A stretch of DNA of 64,000 bases from Chthonomonas calidirosea (GTDB taxonomy: Bacteria > Armatimonadota > Fimbriimonadia > Fimbriimonadales > Fimbriimonadaceae): the NCBI GenBank assembly GCA_945859975.1, contig CAMAPH010000001.1, positions 128,001-192,000 of the forward strand, in the 5' to 3' direction. Shown here piece after piece: positions 9,958 through 19,649 of this stretch. The translations under genes were made by a program, and so were the position numbers. The notes below the pieces were generated by a model, which worked only from the letters and a program-made list of their open reading frames with translations, did not search any database and was not told the origin of the DNA. Numbering within the stretch: position 1 is the first letter of the stretch; each line of letters begins with the position of its first letter.

Positions 9958-11262
9958 GTGAATAGAAACGAACTTTCCCGTCGTGACGTCCTCCGTGGCA
10001 CCGCCGCCGTGGCGGTTGGTGGCCTGCTTGCCAAAGGCTCGGCCGCCGAGAAACCCGCACCTGACCGCTTGAAGCTCGGCATCATTGGCTGCGGCGGAAA
10101 AGGCTGGAGCGGAATGCAAGATGCCGCCCAATTCGGCGACGTCGTCGCCATCTGCGACATCGACGCAAAAGAGCGCGCCCGTGGCATGGTCGAGCACCCG
10201 AAGGCCGCGACCTTCGACGACTATCGCAAGATGCTAGAAGCGATGAAAGGCGAGATCAACGCCGTGGTCGTCAGCACTCCCGACCACCATCATGCTATCG
10301 CCAGTGCGCTCGCGATGAAGCAAGGACTCCACTGCTACTGCGAAAAGCCGCTCACCCGAACCATTTGGGAAGCTCGACAACTCGCCGAGATCGCGAAGCG
10401 ACAGCGAGTGGCTACCCAGATGGGCAACCAGAGCACGGCGAGCACCAACATGCGCAAAGCCGCAGCCCACGTCCGAGCAGGAACGTACGGCGCGGTGAAA
10501 GAAGTTCACCTCTGGACAGATCGTGCGGCGGCGTACTGGCGACAAGGCATTCCTCGCCCGCCGATCGCTCGCGCGCCGAAAACCGTCGACTTCGATCTGT
10601 GGCTGGGTCCCCGACCTTACCGACCGTACGGCGAGGGGTATCACCCGTTCGCTTGGCGCGGGTTCTGGGACTTCGGCACCGGCGCCCTTGGCGACATGGG
10701 TTGCCACATTTTCAACATGTCCTACATGGCGCTTGACCTCAAGGATCCTCTGACCGTACAAGCCGAAACCAGCGGACACAACCGCGACAGCTTCCCGGAT
10801 TGGGCGATTGTTCACTACGAGTTTCCAAAGCGAAAGGACCGCGACGCCCTGCAGGTTCACTGGTACGACGGCGGAAAGAAACCGGCCGCAAGCCTCGCAC
10901 CCGGATTCGATTTCGGCGGAAACGGCAGCATTGTCGTTTGCGAGAAAGGCACGATCTACAGCCCAGACGAATCGAACACGCGCTTCCTGCTCGTTGGGGG
11001 CGGTGAGTTGCCGGACATCCAGGTCGAAGAGAGCCCGGGTCACATGGCCGAATTCGCGCGGGCTGCTCTCGGCGGAAAGCCAGCACGGTCCAACATTCCG
11101 GACTACTCGGGTCCGCTCACGGAAACCGTGCTCCTCGGCAACCTCGCCATTTGGGCAGATGGTCCGAAGCTGGAATGGGATGCCAAGGCGATGAAAGTAA
11201 AAGGGACGAACGAGTTTGATGAACTCATCCGCCCCAAATTCCGACCTGGCTGGGCCGTCTAA
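9958..11262 (+). CDS. Tat-exported Gfo/Idh/MocA family oxidoreductase
   Basis: SRRDVL twin-arginine signal; IGCGGKG, STPDHHH, YCEKP, GDMGCH. Confidence 0.92.
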   Translation: MNRNELSRRDVLRGTAAVAVGGLLAKGSAAEKPAPDRLKLGIIGCGGKGWSGMQDAAQFGDVVAICDIDAKERARGMVEHPKAATFDDYRKMLEAMKGEINAVVVSTPDHHHAIASALAMKQGLHCYCEKPLTRTIWEARQLAEIAKRQRVATQMGNQSTASTNMRKAAAHVRAGTYGAVKEVHLWTDRAAAYWRQGIPRPPIARAPKTVDFDLWLGPRPYRPYGEGYHPFAWRGFWDFGTGALGDMGCHIFNMSYMALDLKDPLTVQAETSGHNRDSFPDWAIVHYEFPKRKDRDALQVHWYDGGKKPAASLAPGFDFGGNGSIVVCEKGTIYSPDESNTRFLLVGGGELPDIQVEESPGHMAEFARAALGGKPARSNIPDYSGPLTETVLLGNLAIWADGPKLEWDAKAMKVKGTNEFDELIRPKFRPGWAV

Positions 11263-11267
11263 CCCAG

Positions 11268-11927
11268 TTAGTTCTTGATGGGCCGAATCTTGATGTTGCG
11301 GAAAGACACGTTACCGTGGTCTCCCTGAATCGCGATTCGGCCCTTTCCGAGCTTGCCAAAGTTCGGATACTTCGCAAATTTGCTCTTGGCCACTCGCGCC
11401 TTGAAGTCTTCGCTACCCAAAACGTAGTCGTAGTACTTGGTTCCGTTGACCCAGGTCGTGCAAACCTTCGGGCTAACGAGGATCCGGAGTTCGTTCCACT
11501 GCCCCGATGGCTTCGCGGTGTCTACTGGTGAGCTATAGAGCTCATAAAGCATGCCCGAGGTCTGAATGCCTTCCTGCTTCGGGTGGTCGTAAAGCTGAAT
11601 CTCTGGGCCGCTGTGCCAAACGGCATCGCCGTCATCGGCGACGTGGTACATCACGCCGCTGTTCTGGCCTTTACCAAGGTTGAACTCGAGCTTGAGCTCG
11701 AACCACTCGAACTTCTCGTCGCTGACGATGTCTCCGGCAGTTCCGGCGTCGGCGATCGTGAGAACACCATCTTTGATCTGCCAACCGGCGCTGAGCTTGT
11801 CGGACTTGAAGTTCTTCCAACCGGCACTGGTTTTGCCGTCAAAGAGCAACTTCCAACCCGCGCGCTTCTCTTCGGCGGTTAACATGGGCAATTGGGCGAT
11901 GGCGAAGACGGCTACGGCGGCGAGCAT
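11268..11927 (-). CDS. DUF1080 (3-keto-disaccharide hydrolase-like) protein
   Basis: GWKLLFDGK, NSGVMY, GPEIQLYD, GQWN, GRIAIQGDHG.VSFRNIKIR. Confidence 0.92.
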   Translation of the reverse strand: MLAAVAVFAIAQLPMLTAEEKRAGWKLLFDGKTSAGWKNFKSDKLSAGWQIKDGVLTIADAGTAGDIVSDEKFEWFELKLEFNLGKGQNSGVMYHVADDGDAVWHSGPEIQLYDHPKQEGIQTSGMLYELYSSPVDTAKPSGQWNELRILVSPKVCTTWVNGTKYYDYVLGSEDFKARVAKSKFAKYPNFGKLGKGRIAIQGDHGNVSFRNIKIRPIKN

Positions 11928-11931
11928 TCGT

Positions 11932-12453
11932 CTATGTTAGCGCAGGACGAGCGTCCTTCTGGTGCACCATCAGAATTTCGTCTTGAGCTTCACCGTTCAC
12001 GATCATAAACCGGTGCTCATAGCTGAACTCTTTGAAGCCGAGCGACTCGTATAGCCGTCGCGCGACGTGGTTGCTCGCGTTGACGCCAAGGTTCACTTGC
12101 AGAACTTCGGGCCACTCGTATGCGTACTCCATCGCAGCAGAAATGAGCGAACGGGCAAGACCCTGACCCCGGAATTCTGGCTGAACATACACTCCCCAAA
12201 CCCACACCTTATGCTTTAGACGAGCCGATTTCTCTTGATACACGCCGGTGACTCCCGCGAGGGCGCCATTAACAAAAGCTCCGAAGACGGCTGAACCTTC
12301 CGTGGCGACCAGACGTTCCCTCACGTCGCCAATCTCGCGATCCACTTCTTCACTATGGTCGCTCGCGAACGCGGTCGGATCCTCCAACAACCCGCGAAGC
12401 CGCACCGCCTGAAAGATTTCTGCGTCCTCGGGCGTCAACAGTCGAATGCTCAT
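11932..12453 (-). CDS. GNAT family N-acetyltransferase
   Basis: VYVQPEFRGQGLA acetyl-CoA motif, N..ARRLYESLGF; start set at MSIRLL. Confidence 0.9.
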   Translation of the reverse strand: MSIRLLTPEDAEIFQAVRLRGLLEDPTAFASDHSEEVDREIGDVRERLVATEGSAVFGAFVNGALAGVTGVYQEKSARLKHKVWVWGVYVQPEFRGQGLARSLISAAMEYAYEWPEVLQVNLGVNASNHVARRLYESLGFKEFSYEHRFMIVNGEAQDEILMVHQKDARPALT

Positions 12454-12472
12454 CCAGACCGAAAGGTACCCG

Positions 12473-13093
12473 TCAGAAGGTGACGCCAAACGTGAGCGTT
12501 AGATCCTTCGCGGAAACTAGAAGTAATCCAACAGAATAATCGCCCTTCACATATTGAACAAACGGATTGTGCGCCCGGCCGTCGAACTGATTTCCGACAA
12601 ACCACTTGCCGTCGGGGCTGTACTTTGTGCCAAACACCGTGCGGAGTTTCGTCTCGTTCGTCTGCCGCGATGCTCCGCCAAACACGTTGATTCGGTTTTC
12701 GCCAAAGCGGAAATTCTTTTCGAGCGTGACCGCCGAGCCGGTCGCCCCGGTCTCTTGACTTTGGAGTCCGTAGGACAGATTCAATCCAGGCAGCTTTTCG
12801 CGCTCCAGCACTGCCTGGTAGGCAAACAGCCCCCGCACCCCGCGCGAGGAGCCGTGGAATGTCGCACCAATCTGTACCCGCGGGATCGACACATTCCAAA
12901 GCGCCGCGCCAACCGAGTTCGCGGTGAAAAACCACTTCTTCGGCGATTCGATGCCGCTGGCGTAACCGTTCGCAACACAGATCGGGCAGAAAACCTTGCT
13001 GCCATCTGCGAGCGGAATGGGCTCCTGCGGATTCTGAACTTGGACGTATGGAAGGACCGGGATCACGCAAGCGTAAAGACCCCGGTCCTCCAT
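12473..13093 (-). CDS. Hypothetical protein, possible outer-membrane beta-barrel with an N-terminal CxxC
   Basis: Alternating beta-strand pattern, terminal LTFGVTF, CPIC motif. Start uncertain (13093 or GTG near 13066). Confidence 0.55.
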   Translation of the reverse strand: MEDRGLYACVIPVLPYVQVQNPQEPIPLADGSKVFCPICVANGYASGIESPKKWFFTANSVGAALWNVSIPRVQIGATFHGSSRGVRGLFAYQAVLEREKLPGLNLSYGLQSQETGATGSAVTLEKNFRFGENRINVFGGASRQTNETKLRTVFGTKYSPDGKWFVGNQFDGRAHNPFVQYVKGDYSVGLLLVSAKDLTLTFGVTF

Positions 13094-13106
13094 TAAGTTC
13101 CAGAAA

Positions 13107-14915
13107 TTATCGGCGGGCCGGCAACAACGAGACCCCTTGAACAACTACATTGCCGTTCGAACTTCTGTTCGTCCAAGACACTTGCAGGCGCTGACCGGGC
13201 GCCGACGCGCGGAATGTGATTTGGGCATAGCCGTAGAACGAAGTCGGTAGATTCTTGGCCGGAACTTCGTACTCCGTCGCCGAGTCCGAAAGCTTCAAGC
13301 GCAACCGCCCCGACGAACCAACAGCGCCAAGGTAGAAGCGGATCGTTTGCAAAGTCGTATCTGCGGCAACGCTAAAGCTGAACCCACCGTCCGTTCCTTG
13401 AATCTGGCGACCACTGTTTGTGTTTCCGCCCGGATAGAAGATTCGCCTGATACGGGAGAGACCGTTTGTTTCAAAATCACCCACTGCCGCGAGTTCAGAG
13501 ATAACTCTCGAACCGGGGTTCTTCACCACATTCGTGGTGAAGATGGACCACTCCCGTTCCCGGTTGCGCCCGATGGTTACTGGTCCCGTAGTCTCTTCAA
13601 TAACCGCCTCCACCCATGACGTGTTGGTAGGTGGCGTGTGCCGTAGACGATAGATGGTTCCGCTGTAGTCGTCGCTGATCAGCACTCCACCGGTCGGTTC
13701 AACCGCAATATCAACGGGCCGACCCCACTGATCCTGACTCGCTTCGTCCAGCCAACCGGTTACAAAATCGCTGTAACCCATGAGGTTTTTCGAGTCCGCA
13801 TGAGATGGATAATAAGTTACCTTGTAACCTGTCTTGGCTCCGCGATTCCAGGAACCGTGCAAGGCAACGGCGGCCCCGTTTCGCCAAGGGGCGGGCGCTT
13901 GGGTTCCGGTGAAGAAGGTGAGCCCCAAGGGCGCGCTGTGCGCTTGAACTCCCTTCGAAATTCGCGTGAAGTTCACCTGCGGGAAGTTTGCCCAGAGCGG
14001 ATTATTGTCAAAGTCCGGATCGTAGGGTGGAAAGTTCAAATGGCTCAGTGAGTCTGGACTCGGGTTAGCATACGGCCACCCGTAGTTGCCCCCTGAGACG
14101 ACTCGCGTAAATCCATCGGGCGGATGATTGTCGATGTAGCTTCCGATTTCGTTGCCGTACTGCCCGGTGCCATCGTTGTGCGGGTACTTGACATTATCGC
14201 GATGGTTGATGGTCGCCCAAAGCGTGCTCGTCCCTGGGTAGAAGGCTAACCCCTCGGCATTGCGCAATCCACGGGCAAACAGCGTCCTGCCCGTGCCGTC
14301 CGCGTTATAGCGATAGATTGCGCACCGAATCGGGTCACTTGTCGCATCCCCCGCCCATGCATTACTGCTACTCGCAATGGAAACGTACAACCGATTTGAA
14401 GAATCGAGGGCGATGTTCTTGAGCGCGTGACCGTAGTTTCCGCCGAGCTCTGGCAGGCTTGAATCGGGAAGATTATCGACCACGACCTGTCGGTTCTGCC
14501 CACTCGTGTTCCCGGTCGTGTACGTGTAGCGTGCAATCCGATTCGTCTCGGCGATATACACGTAGGTGGTTTGCCCGATCGTATGAAAGACGACGTCGTG
14601 GGGCAAGTTGAGGCCGGTGGCGTAGTCGAAAATGAGTGGATCAGAGCCTGCTTGCGGTCGAACGACGACCACTTTGCCTTCCCATGGTTTCGACACGAAA
14701 ATATCGCCATTTGGCGCCACCGCCATGAATCGCGCTCCGCCGACTCGAGCCACGACTTCAACGCTGGTATTCGGCGGAACGTTGAGCGTCCGTGCTAGAT
14801 CAAACGGCCACCAGCGCATGCTCTCCGGGACCGATACGGGTACCGGCGTCAAGTCCCACTGCGCCGAAGCGCCGGCGACCAAACCAAAAATCATCAGTCC
14901 GAACCATCCTTTCAT
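13107..14915 (-). CDS. Secreted glucose/sorbosone dehydrogenase-like beta-propeller with an extra C-terminal domain
   Basis: ARGLRNAEGLAF, GGNYGWPY, AHSAPLGLTF, HGSWNR, GRPVDIAV..GGVLISDD; signal MKGWFG...ASA-Q. Confidence 0.88.
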   Translation of the reverse strand: MKGWFGLMIFGLVAGASAQWDLTPVPVSVPESMRWWPFDLARTLNVPPNTSVEVVARVGGARFMAVAPNGDIFVSKPWEGKVVVVRPQAGSDPLIFDYATGLNLPHDVVFHTIGQTTYVYIAETNRIARYTYTTGNTSGQNRQVVVDNLPDSSLPELGGNYGHALKNIALDSSNRLYVSIASSSNAWAGDATSDPIRCAIYRYNADGTGRTLFARGLRNAEGLAFYPGTSTLWATINHRDNVKYPHNDGTGQYGNEIGSYIDNHPPDGFTRVVSGGNYGWPYANPSPDSLSHLNFPPYDPDFDNNPLWANFPQVNFTRISKGVQAHSAPLGLTFFTGTQAPAPWRNGAAVALHGSWNRGAKTGYKVTYYPSHADSKNLMGYSDFVTGWLDEASQDQWGRPVDIAVEPTGGVLISDDYSGTIYRLRHTPPTNTSWVEAVIEETTGPVTIGRNREREWSIFTTNVVKNPGSRVISELAAVGDFETNGLSRIRRIFYPGGNTNSGRQIQGTDGGFSFSVAADTTLQTIRFYLGAVGSSGRLRLKLSDSATEYEVPAKNLPTSFYGYAQITFRASAPGQRLQVSWTNRSSNGNVVVQGVSLLPARR

Positions 14916-15024
14916 AAACAAAGCAACCTCAAACCTATTATCTGACATAGGCTGAAAACTAACAAGCCAAATTGAGGATTAACTCGACAATGCCGTCGCA
15001 AAATTGACGATAAAAGTTGCTCTC

Positions 15025-15405
15025 TTAGCCCATCGAATGCAAGCCGACCCGATTCCCTTCTGAATCATGAAAGATTGCGAAGAAGCCCATTCCCGGTGCG
15101 ATCTCCGTTTTGCCCAGCTCGATCTTCCCACCTGCTGGTTCGACGCGATTTAGCACAACCGAAAGGTCCGCACCGCCACTGAGGTAGACGACCGTTCCTT
15201 CAACGGATGGTACGTGACCATCGGCGCGAATGATTGCTCCACCAACGCCGTTCTCTCGATCGTGGAGGAAAAATCCCATCAGGCTCGTCCCCATTTCGAT
15301 TACCGGCATGTCGAAGTCAAAGATCGCACCGTAAAATGCACGAGCGCGTTCGAAGTCCACGGTTGGAATTTCGAACCATGACAGGGAGTGTTGAGTCATT
15401 TCCAT
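15025..15405 (-). CDS. VOC/glyoxalase family protein
   Basis: WFEIPTVDFERARAFYG, GFFAIFHDSEGNRVGLHS. Confidence 0.92.
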   Translation of the reverse strand: MEMTQHSLSWFEIPTVDFERARAFYGAIFDFDMPVIEMGTSLMGFFLHDRENGVGGAIIRADGHVPSVEGTVVYLSGGADLSVVLNRVEPAGGKIELGKTEIAPGMGFFAIFHDSEGNRVGLHSMG

Positions 15406-15443
15406 CACGTCAGCTTAACGGAAATATCACACTAGGGAAAGGT

Positions 15444-16637
15444 ATGAAGATTGGAATCGTTGGGGGCGGCGCGTCGGGGGCTTTGGTCGCGGCGCATCTT
15501 GTTCGATCGGGACTCCCGAAAGATGCCATTTCGATCTTCGACCGAGCGGGTTTAGTGGGTGCTGGTGCAGCGTACGGTGCGGCAACCGAAAACTATCTCC
15601 TGAACGTTCCGGCCGGAAAAATGAGCGCCTATCCGGACGAAACCAGCCACTTCGCTGAGTGGCTTGTGCAACGAGGGTTAGGGATCGAGGGTGAAGTTTC
15701 GTCCAAATTTGTGGCGAGACGGTGGTACGGTCAGTATCTTCGGGAACTGATCGGTGACGTGCCAGTGATCTCAGAAGAAGTGAGCCTCGTTGAGTTTCAA
15801 TCCGGTCAATTCAAGATCGGTGACCGAAATTTTGACCATCTAGTTCTTGCCCTCGGAAATGCGAAACCCACTTTGCCGCCTCAATTCGCCAGCTTCCAAG
15901 ATCACCCAGGCTTTCGCAACTCCACTTGGCGAAACCTTCCGGAGGAGGTTCATCCAGAGGACCGCGTGATCATCATCGGAACGGGGCTTACGATGCTGGA
16001 TGCGCTTTGCGAACTTTCCGCCCGTAGCTTTCGGGGCCAAGTCACCGCCGTATCGCGACATGGCTTCATGCCCCAACCGCACCAACCAACGACGCCCGTG
16101 CCGTATACAGGGGCGACTACTCTGCGGGCGATCCTAAAGTACGTGCGAAAAGCCGAGGATTGGCGCGCTGCCATTGATGGGCTCCGACCGACTTCCCAGG
16201 CTATCTGGAAGCAGTTCTCCCTTCGAGAAAAGCGTCAATTCCTGCGCCATGCACGACCGTTCTGGGAGGTCCACCGGCACCGCGCCCCCGCACAGACCTA
16301 CCAACTCGCGCAGGACTGGATTCGTACCGGACAACTGAGCATCCATCTCGCGGCTAATTTCGATCCTGGTCAGTCCAGTTTCGATTGGATATTCAACGCC
16401 ACTGGGCCGAACCAGCGATTGGCCAGCCGAGCGGTTCCCGTCATCGAATCTCTCGTTGAACGCGGCTTAGCCAGATACGACGAACTCAGCCTTGGGTTAG
16501 ATCCCTTGTCCTTGAATCCAAACTTGCACGCCATTGGCACGTTGACCCTAGGCACCCTTTGGGAATGCACCGCCGTACCCGACATTCGGAACCAAGCCGC
16601 CGCTATTGCCGCTCAGATTCTTCAAGCAAGGCCGTAA
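15444..16637 (+). CDS. FAD/NAD(P)-binding oxidoreductase (YdhS-like, uncharacterised)
   Basis: MKIGIVGGGASG, GAAY..LLNVPAGKMSA, IIGTGLTMLD, WEVHRHR, LWECTAVPDIR. True start is 15444, not 15234. Confidence 0.85.
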   Translation: MKIGIVGGGASGALVAAHLVRSGLPKDAISIFDRAGLVGAGAAYGAATENYLLNVPAGKMSAYPDETSHFAEWLVQRGLGIEGEVSSKFVARRWYGQYLRELIGDVPVISEEVSLVEFQSGQFKIGDRNFDHLVLALGNAKPTLPPQFASFQDHPGFRNSTWRNLPEEVHPEDRVIIIGTGLTMLDALCELSARSFRGQVTAVSRHGFMPQPHQPTTPVPYTGATTLRAILKYVRKAEDWRAAIDGLRPTSQAIWKQFSLREKRQFLRHARPFWEVHRHRAPAQTYQLAQDWIRTGQLSIHLAANFDPGQSSFDWIFNATGPNQRLASRAVPVIESLVERGLARYDELSLGLDPLSLNPNLHAIGTLTLGTLWECTAVPDIRNQAAAIAAQILQARP

Positions 16638-18474
16638 ACTCGGGGATCCAAGGTTCAAACCGTTTCCAGCGAGCAATCGAAGTTGTGTAGATCGGCTGCC
16701 GGACTTGCCACAGGCTCGGGGTTCGCACCGCCCGCTCGTTCTTCTCGTGATGCAAACACGCCTCGTTCCAAGGCAGGCCGGCAAACTCAATCAGCTTTCG
16801 CGTCAGATTGTCGCGGTCGGCGATCAAGTCCTCGTACTGAATCTCCATGAAGCTCTCTGGCGGCAGAACCTCGCGCCAGTGGGCGATGATGCGCTGGTAC
16901 TGCTTGTAGGCAAAAACGATGTTGTCTCGATCGTGGGCAAACACCGGCGGGCGCTGATACGCGGTAGTGAAAATGGAAAGACAATTGTCCGCCGGACTAC
17001 GTTTGACGTGGATGATCTTTGCCTTGGGAAAAGCGGTGTGGATTAGCCCCAGCATCGCGTAGTTGTGCGGAAGCTTATCGGTGATCCGCTTCGCCTTTGG
17101 CCCCAGCTTCTTAAGATCGGCAAGGTAGCGTTCGCCAAGCTTTCGGATTCGCGGCGCGGTCGGCACGTGGTTGTCGCCGTACGCTTCTTCCTCAAAATCG
17201 TGCCAGAACGGAAGCTCACCGGCTCCGATCACGTCGGGATGGCTTGAAAGGATCTGCTCCAGAAGCGAGGTTCCAGAGCGCATCATGCCCACGATCATGA
17301 GCGGAAGCTGAGTATCAAGCCCTTCAGCGGCAAGCTCCTCTAGCTTCGGCTGGGTGAACGTCTCCATGGTCCGCGAGAAGCGATCCTGATAATCTTCCGT
17401 CCGCCAAGGAACCTGGCTTAGCCAGGTTTGGTACGCGATCTTGTTTCCTTCGGTGTAATGCTGGATCGACGACTCAAAATCTTTCAGATCCTCACTTGCC
17501 TTTCCAAGCGCATAGTGCATTTCTCCGCGATCTCGTAAAGGCGTCAGCGGCGAATGGACGTTAGTCCGGAGCGTTTCGAGAATTTCTGGTGCAACCTCCG
17601 GCGCTTTTTTGGCTCGAAGTAAGTTGTAAAAGGCAAAACCGTGATGAGGAGTTAAGCGGATTGACGCCTCCAAAAATCGAAGTGACTCGGGAAACTTTCC
17701 TTGTTCTTGGAGCAGATAGCCTAGGGCCGCGTTGGCAATACCGTTTTCGGGCTGGACCTTGATGGTGTTTCTTAAGTATGTTTCGCTCTCATCTCCGCGG
17801 CCAAGTTCCGAAAGGGCTAGAGCTTTTGCAAGGTTGGCCGCGGGATGTCGCTTCTCTAAGTGAAGCGCTTTGTCGGCTGCTCGAAGCGTCTCCTTGAACT
17901 TTCCGAGTTCTAGCTGAGTCCGGGCCAAAAGCAACCAGGCTTCGAGATTCCGCGTGTCAAGCTGAAGGAGTTCCTCAAGCGCCGCTAGCAACTGCGGCTT
18001 GGAACCGCTCTGTTCGCACAACGCTGCAATTCGTCGAAGCAGCATGATGTCTCTCGGCGTCTGCTCCTTGGCCTTTTGCAAGATCTGCAGCGCATCCGGT
18101 TTTCGGTTGGCGCGCTCAAGCAAATCGGCGAGATGCACCCAAACCGGGGCGTCTTCGGGATTGAGTAGTGCTGCCGTTTCTGCGTAAGTGATCGCTTCTG
18201 GCAGGCGTCGCGTCGAAGCTAGGAGCTTACTTAGAACGATTAGGCACTCCGTGGATGAGGGCTCGATTTCAAGGGCCGTTCGGAGAAAGCCCTCTGCTTC
18301 TGGAGTTCGGTGCTGGCGCGCAGCAATCATTGCTGAAATGACTAGCGCCGAGACATCCGACGGCTCAATGCTCAGAGCGGATTGAATGGACTGTTCCGCT
18401 TGAACAATCTGATTCTGTTGAAACTGTCGAAGAGCAAGTTCTCTCAATGCGTCGGCATCATTGGTTTCTGTCAT
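16603..18474 (-). CDS. TPR-repeat sulfotransferase (TPST-like / Sulfotransfer_3 domain)
   Basis: N-terminal TPR-like helical repeats; 5'-PSB IVGMMRSGTSLLEQILSSHP, DKLPHN, 3'-PB KIIHVKRSPADNCLS, YEDL, TPSLWQVRQPIY. Confidence 0.92.
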   Translation of the reverse strand: MTETNDADALRELALRQFQQNQIVQAEQSIQSALSIEPSDVSALVISAMIAARQHRTPEAEGFLRTALEIEPSSTECLIVLSKLLASTRRLPEAITYAETAALLNPEDAPVWVHLADLLERANRKPDALQILQKAKEQTPRDIMLLRRIAALCEQSGSKPQLLAALEELLQLDTRNLEAWLLLARTQLELGKFKETLRAADKALHLEKRHPAANLAKALALSELGRGDESETYLRNTIKVQPENGIANAALGYLLQEQGKFPESLRFLEASIRLTPHHGFAFYNLLRAKKAPEVAPEILETLRTNVHSPLTPLRDRGEMHYALGKASEDLKDFESSIQHYTEGNKIAYQTWLSQVPWRTEDYQDRFSRTMETFTQPKLEELAAEGLDTQLPLMIVGMMRSGTSLLEQILSSHPDVIGAGELPFWHDFEEEAYGDNHVPTAPRIRKLGERYLADLKKLGPKAKRITDKLPHNYAMLGLIHTAFPKAKIIHVKRSPADNCLSIFTTAYQRPPVFAHDRDNIVFAYKQYQRIIAHWREVLPPESFMEIQYEDLIADRDNLTRKLIEFAGLPWNEACLHHEKNERAVRTPSLWQVRQPIYTTSIARWKRFEPWIPEFTALLEESERQ

Positions 18475-18494
18475 TTTTGCTCTCTTGAAACGCA

Positions 18495-18530
18495 AACTGC
18501 GGCCCTGCACGGATGTGCAAGACCGCAGTT
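18495..18530 (-). terminator. 16-bp hairpin after the small lipoprotein gene (terminator-like or stabilising)
   Basis: Minus strand AACTGCGGTCTTGCAC-ATCC-GTGCAGGGCCGCAGTT with G-U pairs, followed by only a weak U tract. Confidence 0.55.
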
Positions 18531-18538
18531 AACCTGAC

Positions 18539-18745
18539 TTATCGCTTGTTCGCAGGCTCCGTGAGAGCAGCGTCGCGCATCGTGTTTGTTTGGTTTTTCT
18601 CGTCCTCGGGAACCCCTTGGTTCACGAGATCTTTGTATTCCTTTCCGGTTACAGTTTTGTCGTTCGGTCCGACTTGCTGCTCACATCCGGTCACGGCAAA
18701 AGCTGCCGCGACCAGGAAAAGAATGCAGATCAGTTTTGAAGCCAA
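18539..18745 (-). CDS. Small lipoprotein (68 aa), partner of the pilin-like gene
   Basis: TTG start overlapping the end of the upstream gene: [29 protein letters not shown]..., lipobox VTGC. Confidence 0.75.
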   Translation of the reverse strand: MASKLICILFLVAAAFAVTGCEQQVGPNDKTVTGKEYKDLVNQGVPEDEKNQTNTMRDAALTEPANKR

Positions 18746-19584
18746 GGAGCGCCCCAGAATCGGAAGAGATCTCGGTTCGTCATTGCGGCACAGTAGCTGG
18801 CGTTGCTGCCATCGTACTCGTTTCGCGCTGGCGTGTCCGCAAATCGCTTCACGAACTTCTCTTGACCGTACTTTCCTGCGTGTCCGTCCGCAAATGCGCC
18901 GATGAACTTCTGTCCGTAGGTTCGTCGCGAATCGAAGACGAGTGCGTTCCAAGAGAACGTATCCGTGTATCGGTCAGCGATTGGCTGCGATGCTGCTGGC
19001 AACACGAACCGAAGCCAAGACCAGTTCGAGATGCTGCCGTATCGGGTTGGAGTAACCGCAAGTCGACCTGCGATGTCCTCGAAGGACGTGAGCGAGCGCA
19101 TTGCCGCTGGAACCGAATCAACTTCTGGCGTGCAAGGGTTGTTGCTCGATCCGGTCTGGGTGTAACCGTCAACGCTGATCGAGAAGCTGGTGATCCAAGC
19201 CCAAGTGTAGGTGTACGGCTCGTATGGGTAGTACGGGTCGAGGTAGGTTCGGTTGTAGTTATTGATCTCAGGGATCGTCTTATCGAAGTAGATCGACTGG
19301 TTCTTGATGTATGGGAAGGTTCGACCAACCCAGGTGTTGTTGTAGTGGTAAACGTTCGGCTCAACCGATGCGTTTTCAACCCAACCATAGTTAGGAACCG
19401 CCATGTCGTCGAAGTCGGTCGAGTACATCTGGAGACCGAGGGCAACCTGCTTCAGACCCGAGAGGGAAGACGTGATCTTCGCTGCAGACTTGGCCTGCGC
19501 AAATACTGGGAATAGGATCGCCGCAAGAATTGCGATGATCGCGATGACGACCAAGAGTTCAATAAGAGTAAAAGCGCGTCGCAT
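18730..19584 (-). CDS. Prepilin-type N-terminal cleavage/methylation protein (DUF1559 / H-X9-DG-like)
   Basis: [48 protein letters not shown]-terminal FADGHA. Confidence 0.93.
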   Translation of the reverse strand: MRRAFTLIELLVVIAIIAILAAILFPVFAQAKSAAKITSSLSGLKQVALGLQMYSTDFDDMAVPNYGWVENASVEPNVYHYNNTWVGRTFPYIKNQSIYFDKTIPEINNYNRTYLDPYYPYEPYTYTWAWITSFSISVDGYTQTGSSNNPCTPEVDSVPAAMRSLTSFEDIAGRLAVTPTRYGSISNWSWLRFVLPAASQPIADRYTDTFSWNALVFDSRRTYGQKFIGAFADGHAGKYGQEKFVKRFADTPARNEYDGSNASYCAAMTNRDLFRFWGAPWLQN

Positions 19585-19649
19585 AACAAGCTCCGCCCAA
19601 ATTGTACGAACCCCGCATTAAGTCAAGGTTAAGAACTGAACGTAAAATA

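Noticed and set aside
18586..19515. 309-aa plus-strand ORF opposite the pilin-like gene, and similar long antisense ORFs (25922-26881, 28357-29607, 31738-32976, 48920-49900, 58756-59697)
   Set aside because: They lie antisense to well-supported genes, have no motifs, and are expected from GC-rich codon bias.
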